Positions 16,357-25,288 of a stretch of 64,000 bases of DNA are shown in pieces (within the stretch, counting starts at the first letter, position 1; every line of letters starts with the position of its first letter). The notes beneath the pieces are model-generated. The model was not told where the DNA came from. It searched no databases and saw nothing but the letters and a program-made list of their open reading frames with translations. This DNA is from Bradymonadia bacterium (lineage in GTDB: Bacteria > Myxococcota_A > Bradymonadia > UBA7976 > UBA1532), in assembly GCA_046290225.1 (NCBI GenBank), contig JBKAGE010000038.1, positions 224,001-288,000 on the forward strand, given 5' to 3'. The position numbers and the translations under genes are program-made.

Positions 16357-18432
16357 TTATCCTTCTGCCATGGCCTGCACCGGAGAGATCCGGGCGGCGA
16401 TCCGAGCGGGATAGAAAGTCGACAGCAGGGCGAAGATGAAGACCAGGGTGAGGGCGCCAGTGATGTGCCCGCTGGTGAGCTCCGGGAACAGCGCAGGGCC
16501 GCTGTAAAGCAGATCGGTGAAGGGGCTCGTCGAGGGGATGCCGCTGCTGTTGAGCCACAGGATGATGCCGGCGCCGATGCCGGCCCCCACGAGGCCCGAT
16601 ATGAGGGCCAGGGCGCAGGTCTCGGCGAGGAACAGCCGGGTGATGAAGCTGCGCTGAGCGCCGATGGCCCGCATGGTGCCGATCTCGTGCACCCGCTCCA
16701 TGGTGGCCATGACCATGGAGTTGTTGATGATGACCAGGGCCACGATGAGCAGGATGAAGACGGTGGCGTACAAGATCACCCGGATGACCCGCACCGCCTG
16801 CCCCATGAGCCCCGCGGCCTCCTGCCAGCCCACGACGGTGAGCTCCAGACCTGCGTCTCTGAAGGCCTGTTGCAATGCCAGGGCGGTCTCGAACTGCTTC
16901 TCGGGATCTTCGAGCACCACGGCGGCGTGGGGGGTGACCCCTCGGGTGACCTCTGCAGGGTCGAACCCCTGATCGCCCACAGCGCGCTCGAACTGCGGCA
17001 GCTCAGCTTGTACATCCGCGCCCATCGCCTCAGGTGCGGGCTCCACCACCAGCTCGGAGTTGTCACCGAAGAGGGCGTCTTCGATGTCGTCTCGGGCGAC
17101 ATCTTCGACCTTGTTCTTCACCCGCAGCGCCTCGATCTCCGCCCGGCGCGCCTCGGTCATCATGCCGAAGAGGTCTCGGAAGGTGACCAGATCAGAGAGG
17201 CTGTACACCCCGGCGATACGGCTGCGCTCCAGGCCGGACAGCGTGAAGGTGCCATACACCTTCACCGTGACCGAGCGGGTGTAGCCGCTCTTGGTGGCGG
17301 TCTTCAGGGTGGCCATGGTGCCCACGGGCACCCGGTACAGCTCGATGTGAGGGGCGATGTGCTCGTAGAAGAAGGCGTGGCGGGCCTTGATGGTGTCGTC
17401 GTCGACGGCGAGGAAGGCCTTGAGCAGCTCTGACAGCTCACCGGTCTCGCCGAGCAGGGTCTCGATCTCACCTTTGATCAGCTCTGCCTGATCAGGCGGC
17501 AGTTGATAGAGCACTCGGGGGAACTGCTGGGGCAACTGTTCGGCCTTGGCCTTGAGCTGGGCGTCGTCGGCGATGCGCTCTCCCTGCTCCACTTTCTCGA
17601 GCAGGCGATCGAGCTCCCGGGCCACGCGATGTTTGACGAAGCGCTCGTAGTAGCCGTCGTTGAACATGAAGCCCCGCTGGCCCTCGGGGATCGCCTCGCC
17701 CTTGGCCACGGCGAACCGATCGAACTGCTGGGCGAACTTGGTGGTGTCCGTGCCCAGGAACCTCAGGCCCAGCATCTGCCCCGCGGTCTGCCTCGGGGCC
17801 ACCTTGTTCTCCAGGAACTCCAGCGTGCCGAGGGGATCACCCTCGAAACGTGCCCAGAACGCGTCTTCCGCTGCTTTGATGACGTCCTCAGCACCGGCAA
17901 TGAGCACGCTGTCGTCGGCGGCGATGCCCTGCATCTCCTGCATCTGCGCCGCCATCTGCTTCAAGATGTGCTTCACCCGGGCGATCTGCACCTTCTGCCC
18001 TTCGGCGTCGCCCTGCCGCACGGCCTGGCGCAACGCCTCGAGGCGCCGGTCGAGATCGTTGCCGGTGTAGATCATCGCCACATTGGTGCCCATGGGCACG
18101 ACGTCGGCGACGTTGGGCACCGACCGGATCACCTCGGCCACTTTGGCGAAGTCTTGCATCACGCCAAGGTCGGGCACGCCAGCGAAGGTGTCGCCGAAGA
18201 GGGCGAGCTGCTCTTTTGCGTCGGCCCGGTGCACTTGCAGGTGGCCGGTGATGCTCTGGGTGATGCTGCGGCGCATGCCGACGTCCACGGCGTCGACGAG
18301 GGCAGAGCCCACGACGACGAGGCAGGTGCCGAAGGCGAGGATGAAGCCCACCACCAGAGACTTGCCCCGGTGGCGCCCCACATTGCCCAGGGCAATGCGC
18401 CACAGCACCCGAAACCGGTCGAGGGCGTTCAC
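16357..18432 (-). CDS. ABC transporter permease (FtsX/LolC-E type) with a large periplasmic insertion
   Basis: INNSMVMATMERVHEIGTMRAIGA, YPARIAARISPVQAM. Confidence 0.92.
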   Translation of the reverse strand: MNALDRFRVLWRIALGNVGRHRGKSLVVGFILAFGTCLVVVGSALVDAVDVGMRRSITQSITGHLQVHRADAKEQLALFGDTFAGVPDLGVMQDFAKVAEVIRSVPNVADVVPMGTNVAMIYTGNDLDRRLEALRQAVRQGDAEGQKVQIARVKHILKQMAAQMQEMQGIAADDSVLIAGAEDVIKAAEDAFWARFEGDPLGTLEFLENKVAPRQTAGQMLGLRFLGTDTTKFAQQFDRFAVAKGEAIPEGQRGFMFNDGYYERFVKHRVARELDRLLEKVEQGERIADDAQLKAKAEQLPQQFPRVLYQLPPDQAELIKGEIETLLGETGELSELLKAFLAVDDDTIKARHAFFYEHIAPHIELYRVPVGTMATLKTATKSGYTRSVTVKVYGTFTLSGLERSRIAGVYSLSDLVTFRDLFGMMTEARRAEIEALRVKNKVEDVARDDIEDALFGDNSELVVEPAPEAMGADVQAELPQFERAVGDQGFDPAEVTRGVTPHAAVVLEDPEKQFETALALQQAFRDAGLELTVVGWQEAAGLMGQAVRVIRVILYATVFILLIVALVIINNSMVMATMERVHEIGTMRAIGAQRSFITRLFLAETCALALISGLVGAGIGAGIILWLNSSGIPSTSPFTDLLYSGPALFPELTSGHITGALTLVFIFALLSTFYPARIAARISPVQAMAEG

Positions 18433-19157
18433 GGGTGGGCCACCTCGGCGCCGGTCTTCACGCCGGACAGACGGCCGTCCTCGAGCATGATCAGCCGGCC
18501 GGCCATCTCCATCACCTTGGGATCGTGGGTGCTGAAGAGGAAGGTGGTGCCCTTCCGGGCGTTGAGATCCCGCATCAGCTCGATGATGCGCTGCCCGGTC
18601 CCGGAGTCGAGGTTCGCCGTAGGCTCGTCGGCGAGCACGAGGGCGGGCTCGGTGACCAACGCCCGGGCGATGGCCACGCGCTGGCGCTGACCACCGGAGA
18701 GCTCAGTGGGTCGATGCCGCTTGTGTTCACCAAGGCCCACGGCCTCGATGATGGTGTTCACCTTGTCGGCCCGCTCTTTTCGGCTGAGTTTGCTCTGAAG
18801 CAGCAGAGGGAACTCGACGTTCTGGAACACGTCGAGCACGGCGACGAGGTTGAAGCTCTGGAAGATGAAGCCCAGCCGCTCGAGGCGCAGCCGAGTGAGC
18901 TCTTTCTCTTTGAGTGCGGCGGTGTCGCGACCATCGACCCGCACGGTGCCCTCGGTGGCAGTGTCGACGCAGCCAATGAGGTTGAGCGCCGTGGTCTTGC
19001 CGCTCCCCGAGGGGCCGGCGATGGCGGCGAACTCACCCCGTTCCAGCCGCAGGCTGATGCCCCTCAGCGCCACCACCGAGGTGCGGCCGAGGGGATAGAC
19101 CTTGTGCACGTCGACGAGTTCCACGATGGGGCCGGCGTCTCCGGCAGGGTTGTTCAT
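18429..19157 (-). CDS. ABC transporter ATP-binding protein (LolD-like)
   Basis: Walker A GPSGSGKT, signature LSGGQ, Walker B VLADEPTANLD, H-loop STHD. Confidence 0.96.
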   Translation of the reverse strand: MNNPAGDAGPIVELVDVHKVYPLGRTSVVALRGISLRLERGEFAAIAGPSGSGKTTALNLIGCVDTATEGTVRVDGRDTAALKEKELTRLRLERLGFIFQSFNLVAVLDVFQNVEFPLLLQSKLSRKERADKVNTIIEAVGLGEHKRHRPTELSGGQRQRVAIARALVTEPALVLADEPTANLDSGTGQRIIELMRDLNARKGTTFLFSTHDPKVMEMAGRLIMLEDGRLSGVKTGAEVAHP

Positions 19158-19267
19158 CCAGGGCTCCCGCTCTCTGGCCGCGTGTGATGTGGCCAGTTCA
19201 ACGGGTGCAGACTGGCGACTGTTCCCTGTAGATGCAATAGGTCGGACACCGCCGCAGAGGAGAACGC

Positions 19268-19933
19268 ATGCTCACCTTCTACTTCGACTTCATCTCACCG
19301 TATGCCTGGCTCGCCTGGACGCAGATCCACGATCTCGCCGCCCGTCACGGGGTCGAGGTGGATCCGGCGCCGATTCTCTTCGCGGCGCTGCTGAACCACC
19401 ACGGTCAGCTGGGCCCCGCGGAGATCCCCGCCAAGCGCCTGTTCACCTTCAAAGACGTGGTGCGTAAGGCCGCTCGGCTGGGGCAGCCGCTGGTGCCGCC
19501 CCCTGCGCACCCCTTCAACCCTCTGCTGGGCCTGCGGCTGGCGAGCCTCGATCTCGACCCAGCGCCACGACGCCTGCTCATCGACACGCTCTTCCGTGCG
19601 GTCTGGGCTGATGGCCCGGGCATCACAGATCCCGTCATGGTGACCGCATTGCTCCAAGAAGTCGGGCTGGATGGCGAGGCCCTGGTGGCCCGCACCGCAG
19701 ATCCGGAGGTGAAGGCTCGGGTGAAAGCCCGTACCGCTGAGGCCATCGACCGCGAGGTCTTCGGCGTGCCCACGACGATGGTGGGCGACGAGCCTTTCTG
19801 GGGAGTGGAGACGCTGCCCGATGTGGAGCTGGCACTGCAGGGCGCAGATCCGGTGACGCCAGAGCTGATGGCCCGCTGGGCGAACCTGCCGGCCCAGTCT
19901 CATCGGCCCAAATCCCCGCAGAGCCAAAGGTGA
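19268..19933 (+). CDS. 2-hydroxychromene-2-carboxylate isomerase / DsbA (kappa GST) family protein
   Basis: FYFDFISPYAWL, VFGVPT...FWG. Confidence 0.92.
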   Translation: MLTFYFDFISPYAWLAWTQIHDLAARHGVEVDPAPILFAALLNHHGQLGPAEIPAKRLFTFKDVVRKAARLGQPLVPPPAHPFNPLLGLRLASLDLDPAPRRLLIDTLFRAVWADGPGITDPVMVTALLQEVGLDGEALVARTADPEVKARVKARTAEAIDREVFGVPTTMVGDEPFWGVETLPDVELALQGADPVTPELMARWANLPAQSHRPKSPQSQR

Positions 19934-19996
19934 AATCACCCCCGGCTTGACGTGTGCCCCATCAGAGACCACCGTTAGCCCCTTTTGTCGCCCAAT

Positions 19997-21688
19997 GTGA
20001 GTCTCCGACCGACGACCATGCTCCACGAACGTTATGAAATACTGGAACGGCTGGGGGCCGGGGGCATGGCCCGGGTCTACAAGGCCCGAGACACCCGGCT
20101 TGGCCGGATCGTGGCGCTCAAGAAGATTCACGAAGAGCTCGCCGAGCAGGACCAGGTCGTCACCCGGTTCCAGCGTGAGGCGCAGGTCGTCGCCCAGCTG
20201 CATCACCCCCACATCGTCGAGCTACACGACATCGTCGAGCTCGAGTCCGGGGGCATGGCCATGATCATGGAGTACGTCGAGGGGGTCGACCTCGCCGACG
20301 CCATCGAGAACCAGCGGCCCCTGCCGCCTGATCTGGCCCTCACCCTCATCCGCCCCATCGCCGACGCCCTTGCAGAAGCCCACAGCGCCGACATCGTGCA
20401 CCGCGACGTCAAGCCGGCGAACATCCTCATCGGCGTCGACGGTCGTTTGAAGCTGTCCGACTTCGGCATCGCCAAGATGCTCGAAGAGACCCAGCTCACC
20501 CGAACCGGCGGCTTCCTCGGCACTCCAGCGTACATCGCCCCTGAGCAAGCCAAGGGGGAGCCCGTGGGCCCCTCCTGCGATCAGTACGCGCTGGCCACCG
20601 TGCTCTACGAGCTGATCACTGGGCGACCGCCGTTCACCGGCGCCAACGCTCTGGCGTTGCTGAACAACATCCTCAAAGGGCACTACGACGATCCTCGGCG
20701 CCACAACCCCGAGGTCTCCGAAGCCTGCGCCGCCCTCATCGCCCGGGGTATGCACATCGATCCCGGCAGCCGCTACCCGTCTGTGGCCGCCTTCGGTGCC
20801 GCCATGGGCCGGCTGATGCCCCCTCTCGATCCGCCGCAGCAGCGACAGATCATCGCTCTGATGTGCGAAGGGCCTGATGCCGCCGCCGAGGCGCTGCGTG
20901 GGCTCACTCAAGATGGCCGGTCGCCCCGAGACGCACGCCCCGAGCCCCGCAAGTCAGCGACGCAACATCAGATCATCACCGCCCCTGGCGAAGACTCCGT
21001 GGAGATGGGGCCCAGCAAGCCCCCGGTGTGGCTCTGGGCCCTGCTCGGTCTCGCGGGCCTCGCCGCGGTCGTCGCCGTGGTCCTTTCTCTCGGCGATGCC
21101 GACACAGGCCAGCCCGCGGACGCCGCGGTGGTTACCACAGTGGAGAGCAGCGCCGGTGCGCGGCTCACTCAACCCGACGCCGCCCCATTGGAGATCGCCG
21201 AGGTGGTGCCCACCGGCCCTCTGGAGCGCCCGAGCAGGCCCGGACACACTGGCCGGCCTCGCGATCCTGCGCCCTCAGGGGCCCGCGATTCCGGCGTTCA
21301 GGTCGAAGACATGCCACCTGATGCAGGCAAGCCCACGACGCCAGACGCCTCGGTGAAGAAGACCCATGTCGGCCGGAAGCCTGCTCGCCGGAGCGGCCGC
21401 AGGCGGCAGAGCGACGCTGCGCCCACGCAAAAGCCCCCTGTGGCGGAGACGCCACCCAAGCCCGTGAAGGCTGTGCCAGGCACCCTGGCGCTCTTCACCT
21501 CTCCGTGGGCCAACGTCTATGTCGACGGCAAGCACAAGGGGCGCACCCCCTACCTCAAACAGTTGAAGCTCGGCGCCGGCAACCACACCCTCGAGTTGCG
21601 CAACCCCGGCAAGGGGACCTACACAGAGACCATCCGCATCAAGGCAGGCTCCACCCTCACCCGTCGGGTACGCCTGCCCGATCTCTGA
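19997..21688 (+). CDS. transmembrane Ser/Thr protein kinase with a C-terminal PEGA domain
   Basis: LGAGGMARVY, VALKK, HRDVKPAN, DFG, GTPAYIAPE; TM segment; PWANVYVDG...GRTP. Start lies between 19985 and 20018. Confidence 0.95.
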   Translation: MSLRPTTMLHERYEILERLGAGGMARVYKARDTRLGRIVALKKIHEELAEQDQVVTRFQREAQVVAQLHHPHIVELHDIVELESGGMAMIMEYVEGVDLADAIENQRPLPPDLALTLIRPIADALAEAHSADIVHRDVKPANILIGVDGRLKLSDFGIAKMLEETQLTRTGGFLGTPAYIAPEQAKGEPVGPSCDQYALATVLYELITGRPPFTGANALALLNNILKGHYDDPRRHNPEVSEACAALIARGMHIDPGSRYPSVAAFGAAMGRLMPPLDPPQQRQIIALMCEGPDAAAEALRGLTQDGRSPRDARPEPRKSATQHQIITAPGEDSVEMGPSKPPVWLWALLGLAGLAAVVAVVLSLGDADTGQPADAAVVTTVESSAGARLTQPDAAPLEIAEVVPTGPLERPSRPGHTGRPRDPAPSGARDSGVQVEDMPPDAGKPTTPDASVKKTHVGRKPARRSGRRRQSDAAPTQKPPVAETPPKPVKAVPGTLALFTSPWANVYVDGKHKGRTPYLKQLKLGAGNHTLELRNPGKGTYTETIRIKAGSTLTRRVRLPDL

Positions 21689-21720
21689 TCTTCGAGACGC
21701 GTACAGGAGCCCCCATCTCC

Positions 21721-22485
21721 ATGATCACCGCCCTCGCCCTCGTGACCGCTCTGCTGGCTCCGCCGGAGCTGCAGAAGGCCCTCGACCACTTCGACTTCGG
21801 TCAGTTCGCCGAGGCGTGCACGCTGCTCGAGCCGCTCAAGAGCCAGCCCGGGCTCACCCGGCAGGCGCGCATCACCGTGCTCAGCCGCCTCGGCGCCTGT
21901 CATCACTACCAGGGCGAGACCGCTCAAGCGCGGGTGGCGTTCCAAGCGCTGCTCGATGCGGATCCCAGCCACGCCCTGGATCCTGTGCAGCACCCTCCGG
22001 AGTTGCTGGCCTTCTTCAGAGACATCAAAGCTGGATATGCCCGCACCCCGCCGGCCAAGCCCACGCGCGAGGTGCCACCGAGCAAGACCGCCGCAGAGGG
22101 TGACGGCTCGAAGGCCACCGCCTCTGCGCCTGCTCAGAAGAGCCACTGGGTGGCCCTGTCACCCTTCGGCGCGGGGCAGTTCCAGAACCAGCAGGTCTCC
22201 AAGGGGGTCACCATGGCCAGCCTGCAGACCGTCTCCCTCGGGGTGGGCCTCGTGGGGCTGATGCTCTTCGAAGCGGAGAAGGACAGCGGCAGCTTCCTCG
22301 GCGGCGGCACCTTCAAGAACACAGAAAAAGCCAACACCTACCAGAGCCTCTACCTCGCCGGGTTCGTGGGTTTTGCCGGTGTATGGATCTACAGCATCGC
22401 CGACGCGTTCTATCACTTCGACTCGCCCCCGACGGTCACCGTGACGCCCACGGGCAACGGCTTGTCCATCAGCGGCCGCTTCTGA
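21721..22485 (+). CDS. TPR-containing exported/membrane protein
   Basis: Signal-like N-terminus, TPR-like helices, PFGAGQFQN followed by hydrophobic helices. Confidence 0.75.
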   Translation: MITALALVTALLAPPELQKALDHFDFGQFAEACTLLEPLKSQPGLTRQARITVLSRLGACHHYQGETAQARVAFQALLDADPSHALDPVQHPPELLAFFRDIKAGYARTPPAKPTREVPPSKTAAEGDGSKATASAPAQKSHWVALSPFGAGQFQNQQVSKGVTMASLQTVSLGVGLVGLMLFEAEKDSGSFLGGGTFKNTEKANTYQSLYLAGFVGFAGVWIYSIADAFYHFDSPPTVTVTPTGNGLSISGRF

Positions 22486-22506
22486 AGCTCGACTCCGAGG
22501 TTCCCC

Positions 22507-23904
22507 ATGGATCGATACACACTCTGTCTCGCCGTGCTCTGCAGCGCCCTGGGCTGCCAGTCTGTCGAAGAGGCCGACGAACACGACGCTGGTGCTCAAA
22601 ACCCCGGGGCAGACGCCGCAGTGGGTGAAGGCGGCGGTGGCGAAGGGGGGGCGCGCAATGCCGGCCCTGGAGGCGGTGGCGGCGCCGGTGGCGAGGCGGG
22701 CAATGGCGGCTTCAGCGGCCTGGGTGGGGGCACGGGCGAGGGCTGCCCCAACCCCGGGCAGATGACGCTGTCGCTCATCGACCCGACCCCCGAAGCCCCT
22801 CTGACCCGAGCCGACTGGATCACCGCGGCCTTCGAGATCGACGGCGGCGCCCCACCCATCACCTACACCGCGCAGGGTGATCCAGGAGGCCTCATCGACA
22901 TCGATGTCGAGGGCATGGCCCTGCGCTGGGCGCCCGGGCGTAACGAGGGCGAGGCCGTGCCCTCGCCATGGTGGACCGGGCCGGTGTCGATCACCTTGCG
23001 CGCCCGTGACGCTCTGGGCTGCACCGCCGACAGCACCATCTCCGTCGAGCTTGGTGGCGATGTCATCATCAGCGACGGCAGCGATGGCCGGCTGTTCCTC
23101 TTCGGCGGCGACGGCCAGTTCCTCGGCTTCGGCCCCCAGCCCGCTCAAGGTCGTGGCATCAGTTTGCTGCTCCCGCTCCCACGCAACGTCGACGGGGGTG
23201 GCCTCATCGCCCTCATGGCCCCCGATGGCGACACCCCCGCTCAGATGCGACGGCTCGATCTCGCCGGGATGGCCACTGGGGTAGACTTCGAGACCCAGGA
23301 TCCCAGCGGCACGCCGCTCTACGGCCGGGGCAAGATGCCTCGGAGCATCTTCTACCACCCCAGCCTCGGGGAGGTGCTCGCCGACGACGCCGTCGACAGC
23401 AAGATCCACCGTTGGCGCCTCTCTGATGGTCGCTACATGGGTGCATGGGAGGTGCCCTATGATGGTCAGGGGCCCTCAGAGGTACTGGGCTTCGCCTGGC
23501 TCGACGACGCCCTCGTCGTCGGCCATGAGCAACACAACCGTCTGTACCGCATCGATGACGCGGGTCAGCCCACGGAGATCGGCCCTGTAGGTGACGGCAT
23601 CGACGACATGTTCATGGTGCGCTCCGCCGCGAGCGGGGATCAGGTCTTCACGGTGATGCGTCGGGGGCAGGAATTCGCCGCCTATGCATATGACGACACC
23701 GGGCGTCAGTTGAGCAGCGCTCAGCTGTTCCTCTACCGTCCACATCAGATCACCCGATTCTTCGATGGTTACCTGAGCACCTACCCCTACAACATCGAGA
23801 CCCGCCTCCATCTCGGTGATCTCTCCTTCGAAGGTGTGGATCGCTGGCACCAGCAAGGCGAGTACGAATGGCGGAGCCCCTCAGGGATCGTCTGGCTCGA
23901 CTGA
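22507..23904 (+). CDS. lipoprotein with a Gly-rich linker and probable beta-propeller
   Basis: Lipobox ALGC, Gly-rich stalk, repeated blade-like beta segments. Confidence 0.7.
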   Translation: MDRYTLCLAVLCSALGCQSVEEADEHDAGAQNPGADAAVGEGGGGEGGARNAGPGGGGGAGGEAGNGGFSGLGGGTGEGCPNPGQMTLSLIDPTPEAPLTRADWITAAFEIDGGAPPITYTAQGDPGGLIDIDVEGMALRWAPGRNEGEAVPSPWWTGPVSITLRARDALGCTADSTISVELGGDVIISDGSDGRLFLFGGDGQFLGFGPQPAQGRGISLLLPLPRNVDGGGLIALMAPDGDTPAQMRRLDLAGMATGVDFETQDPSGTPLYGRGKMPRSIFYHPSLGEVLADDAVDSKIHRWRLSDGRYMGAWEVPYDGQGPSEVLGFAWLDDALVVGHEQHNRLYRIDDAGQPTEIGPVGDGIDDMFMVRSAASGDQVFTVMRRGQEFAAYAYDDTGRQLSSAQLFLYRPHQITRFFDGYLSTYPYNIETRLHLGDLSFEGVDRWHQQGEYEWRSPSGIVWLD

Positions 23905-24012
23905 GCACACTTGACTACACTGTCCACACTGTCACCCGCAGCCGGGCGGATCCTTTGTCCGGGGTGACGAGTGTGGTACACCCGGCTCCCCCGAAGACTG
24001 GAGAGACCCGCC

Positions 24013-24831
24013 GTGGATCAGATGCTCAACGCCGCCTTCCTCGGCTTGATCCAAGCCCTCACAGAGTTCCTGCCGGTCTCCTCGAGCGGACACCTCGTCC
24101 TGGGCAAGGTGATCCTCGGCATGGAGCTCGATGGCGGCGCCGCCACTGAGGTGGCCATGCACTTCGGCACCCTCATGAGCGTGATCGTGTTGTTCTTCAA
24201 GGACATCATTCGCCTGTTCAAGGCTACGGCGCGCCTCATGGGCAATCTGGGCCGGGTACGCTACCTCTGGCACGAAGATCCCGACATCAGACTGCTGGTG
24301 GCCATCATCATCGGCTGTATTCCCGCTGGAGTGATTGGGCTGCTGTTCAAAGATCAGCTCGAGAGCGCCTTCAATGATCCCCGAGGGGTCTGCGTGGCGC
24401 TGTTGTGCACAGGTGGTTTGTTGCTCACCACGGTGATGGCCCCCGTGGGCAAAGAGTCGATCCGCCCCCTCGACGCGCTGATCATCGGTGTGGCTCAGGC
24501 TGTGGCCATCATCCCCGGCATCTCCCGCTCAGGCTCGACGATCTCCGTGGCCCAGTTTCTGGGGATAGAGCGCGTGGATGCGGCCCGCTTCAGCTTCTTG
24601 ATGAGCTTGCCGGTCATCGCAGGGGCCACCTTGCTCAAGGGCAAGGACATGCTGGCCAACCCGCCCCCTGCAGATACGCTCGCTGCCCTCGGCGTCGGCG
24701 CGGCGGTCTCTTTCGTGGTGGGCCTCGGGGCGTTGTGGGCCCTGATGCAGCTGGTGCGCCAGGGCAAGTTCTCCATCTTCGGCTGGTACTGCCTCACCCT
24801 CGGTGTGGTGGGCTTGATCATGCTGCAGTAG
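24013..24831 (+). CDS. uppP: undecaprenyl-diphosphatase
   Basis: LGLIQALTEFLPVSSSGHL, HFGT, PGISRSGSTI, AARFSFLMSLP. Confidence 0.97.
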   Translation: MDQMLNAAFLGLIQALTEFLPVSSSGHLVLGKVILGMELDGGAATEVAMHFGTLMSVIVLFFKDIIRLFKATARLMGNLGRVRYLWHEDPDIRLLVAIIIGCIPAGVIGLLFKDQLESAFNDPRGVCVALLCTGGLLLTTVMAPVGKESIRPLDALIIGVAQAVAIIPGISRSGSTISVAQFLGIERVDAARFSFLMSLPVIAGATLLKGKDMLANPPPADTLAALGVGAAVSFVVGLGALWALMQLVRQGKFSIFGWYCLTLGVVGLIMLQ

Positions 24832-25200
24832 AGCGGACGGCCGTGCCTTTGGCACCGCCTGTAGCGGACGGCCGTGCTGCGCACCGCCTGTAGCGGACGC
24901 CGAGTCTGCCTTCGGCAGCCTGAGCTGTAGCTTTTTTAGAGAGTTATGGTGTGCTTGGTGGGCTTCTCGACCCAGGTTGGGGCTTACGCCGGAACTGGTA
25001 CGTCAACAGCCACTGCACTGCGCGGTAGATGAGCCCACGCCCCCAAAGTGATCTTCAAAAAGCTACAGGGAATTTGCCGTAGGCAAATGAGCGTCCGCTA
25101 CAGCTCTCGCCGAAGGCGAGGCGTCCGCTACAGACGCAGCGCAGCGAAAGCTTTTGCTGGGTCGTCCGCTACAGGCGGCCCGAAGGGCGGCCGTCCGCTC
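24829..25200. repeat. symmetric inverted-repeat ladder (REP/MITE-like) of CTGTAGCGGACG motifs separated by triloop hairpins
   Basis: Left arm: GAGCGGACG, 2x CTGTAGCGGACG, CTGTAGCTTTTT. Right arm: AAAAAGCTACAG, 3x CGTCCGCTACAG, CGTCCGCTC. Confidence 0.9.
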
Positions 25201-25288
25201 CCAGCCCACCCAGCCTTTCAGTCCCGACCCCCTTCTGCCGAAATCCAAGTCGATGTGCCCTCGGGCACCCATCTGCAGTGGGTTTCAC

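Noticed and set aside
24829..25200. CRISPR array
   Set aside because: Repeats are only ~12 bp and switch orientation mid-element, the spacers are short hairpins, and no cas genes are in the window.
25154..25288. Extended N-terminus of the second kinase
   Set aside because: It overlaps the repeat ladder; ATG 25289, just before the CPRC motif, is the more plausible start.
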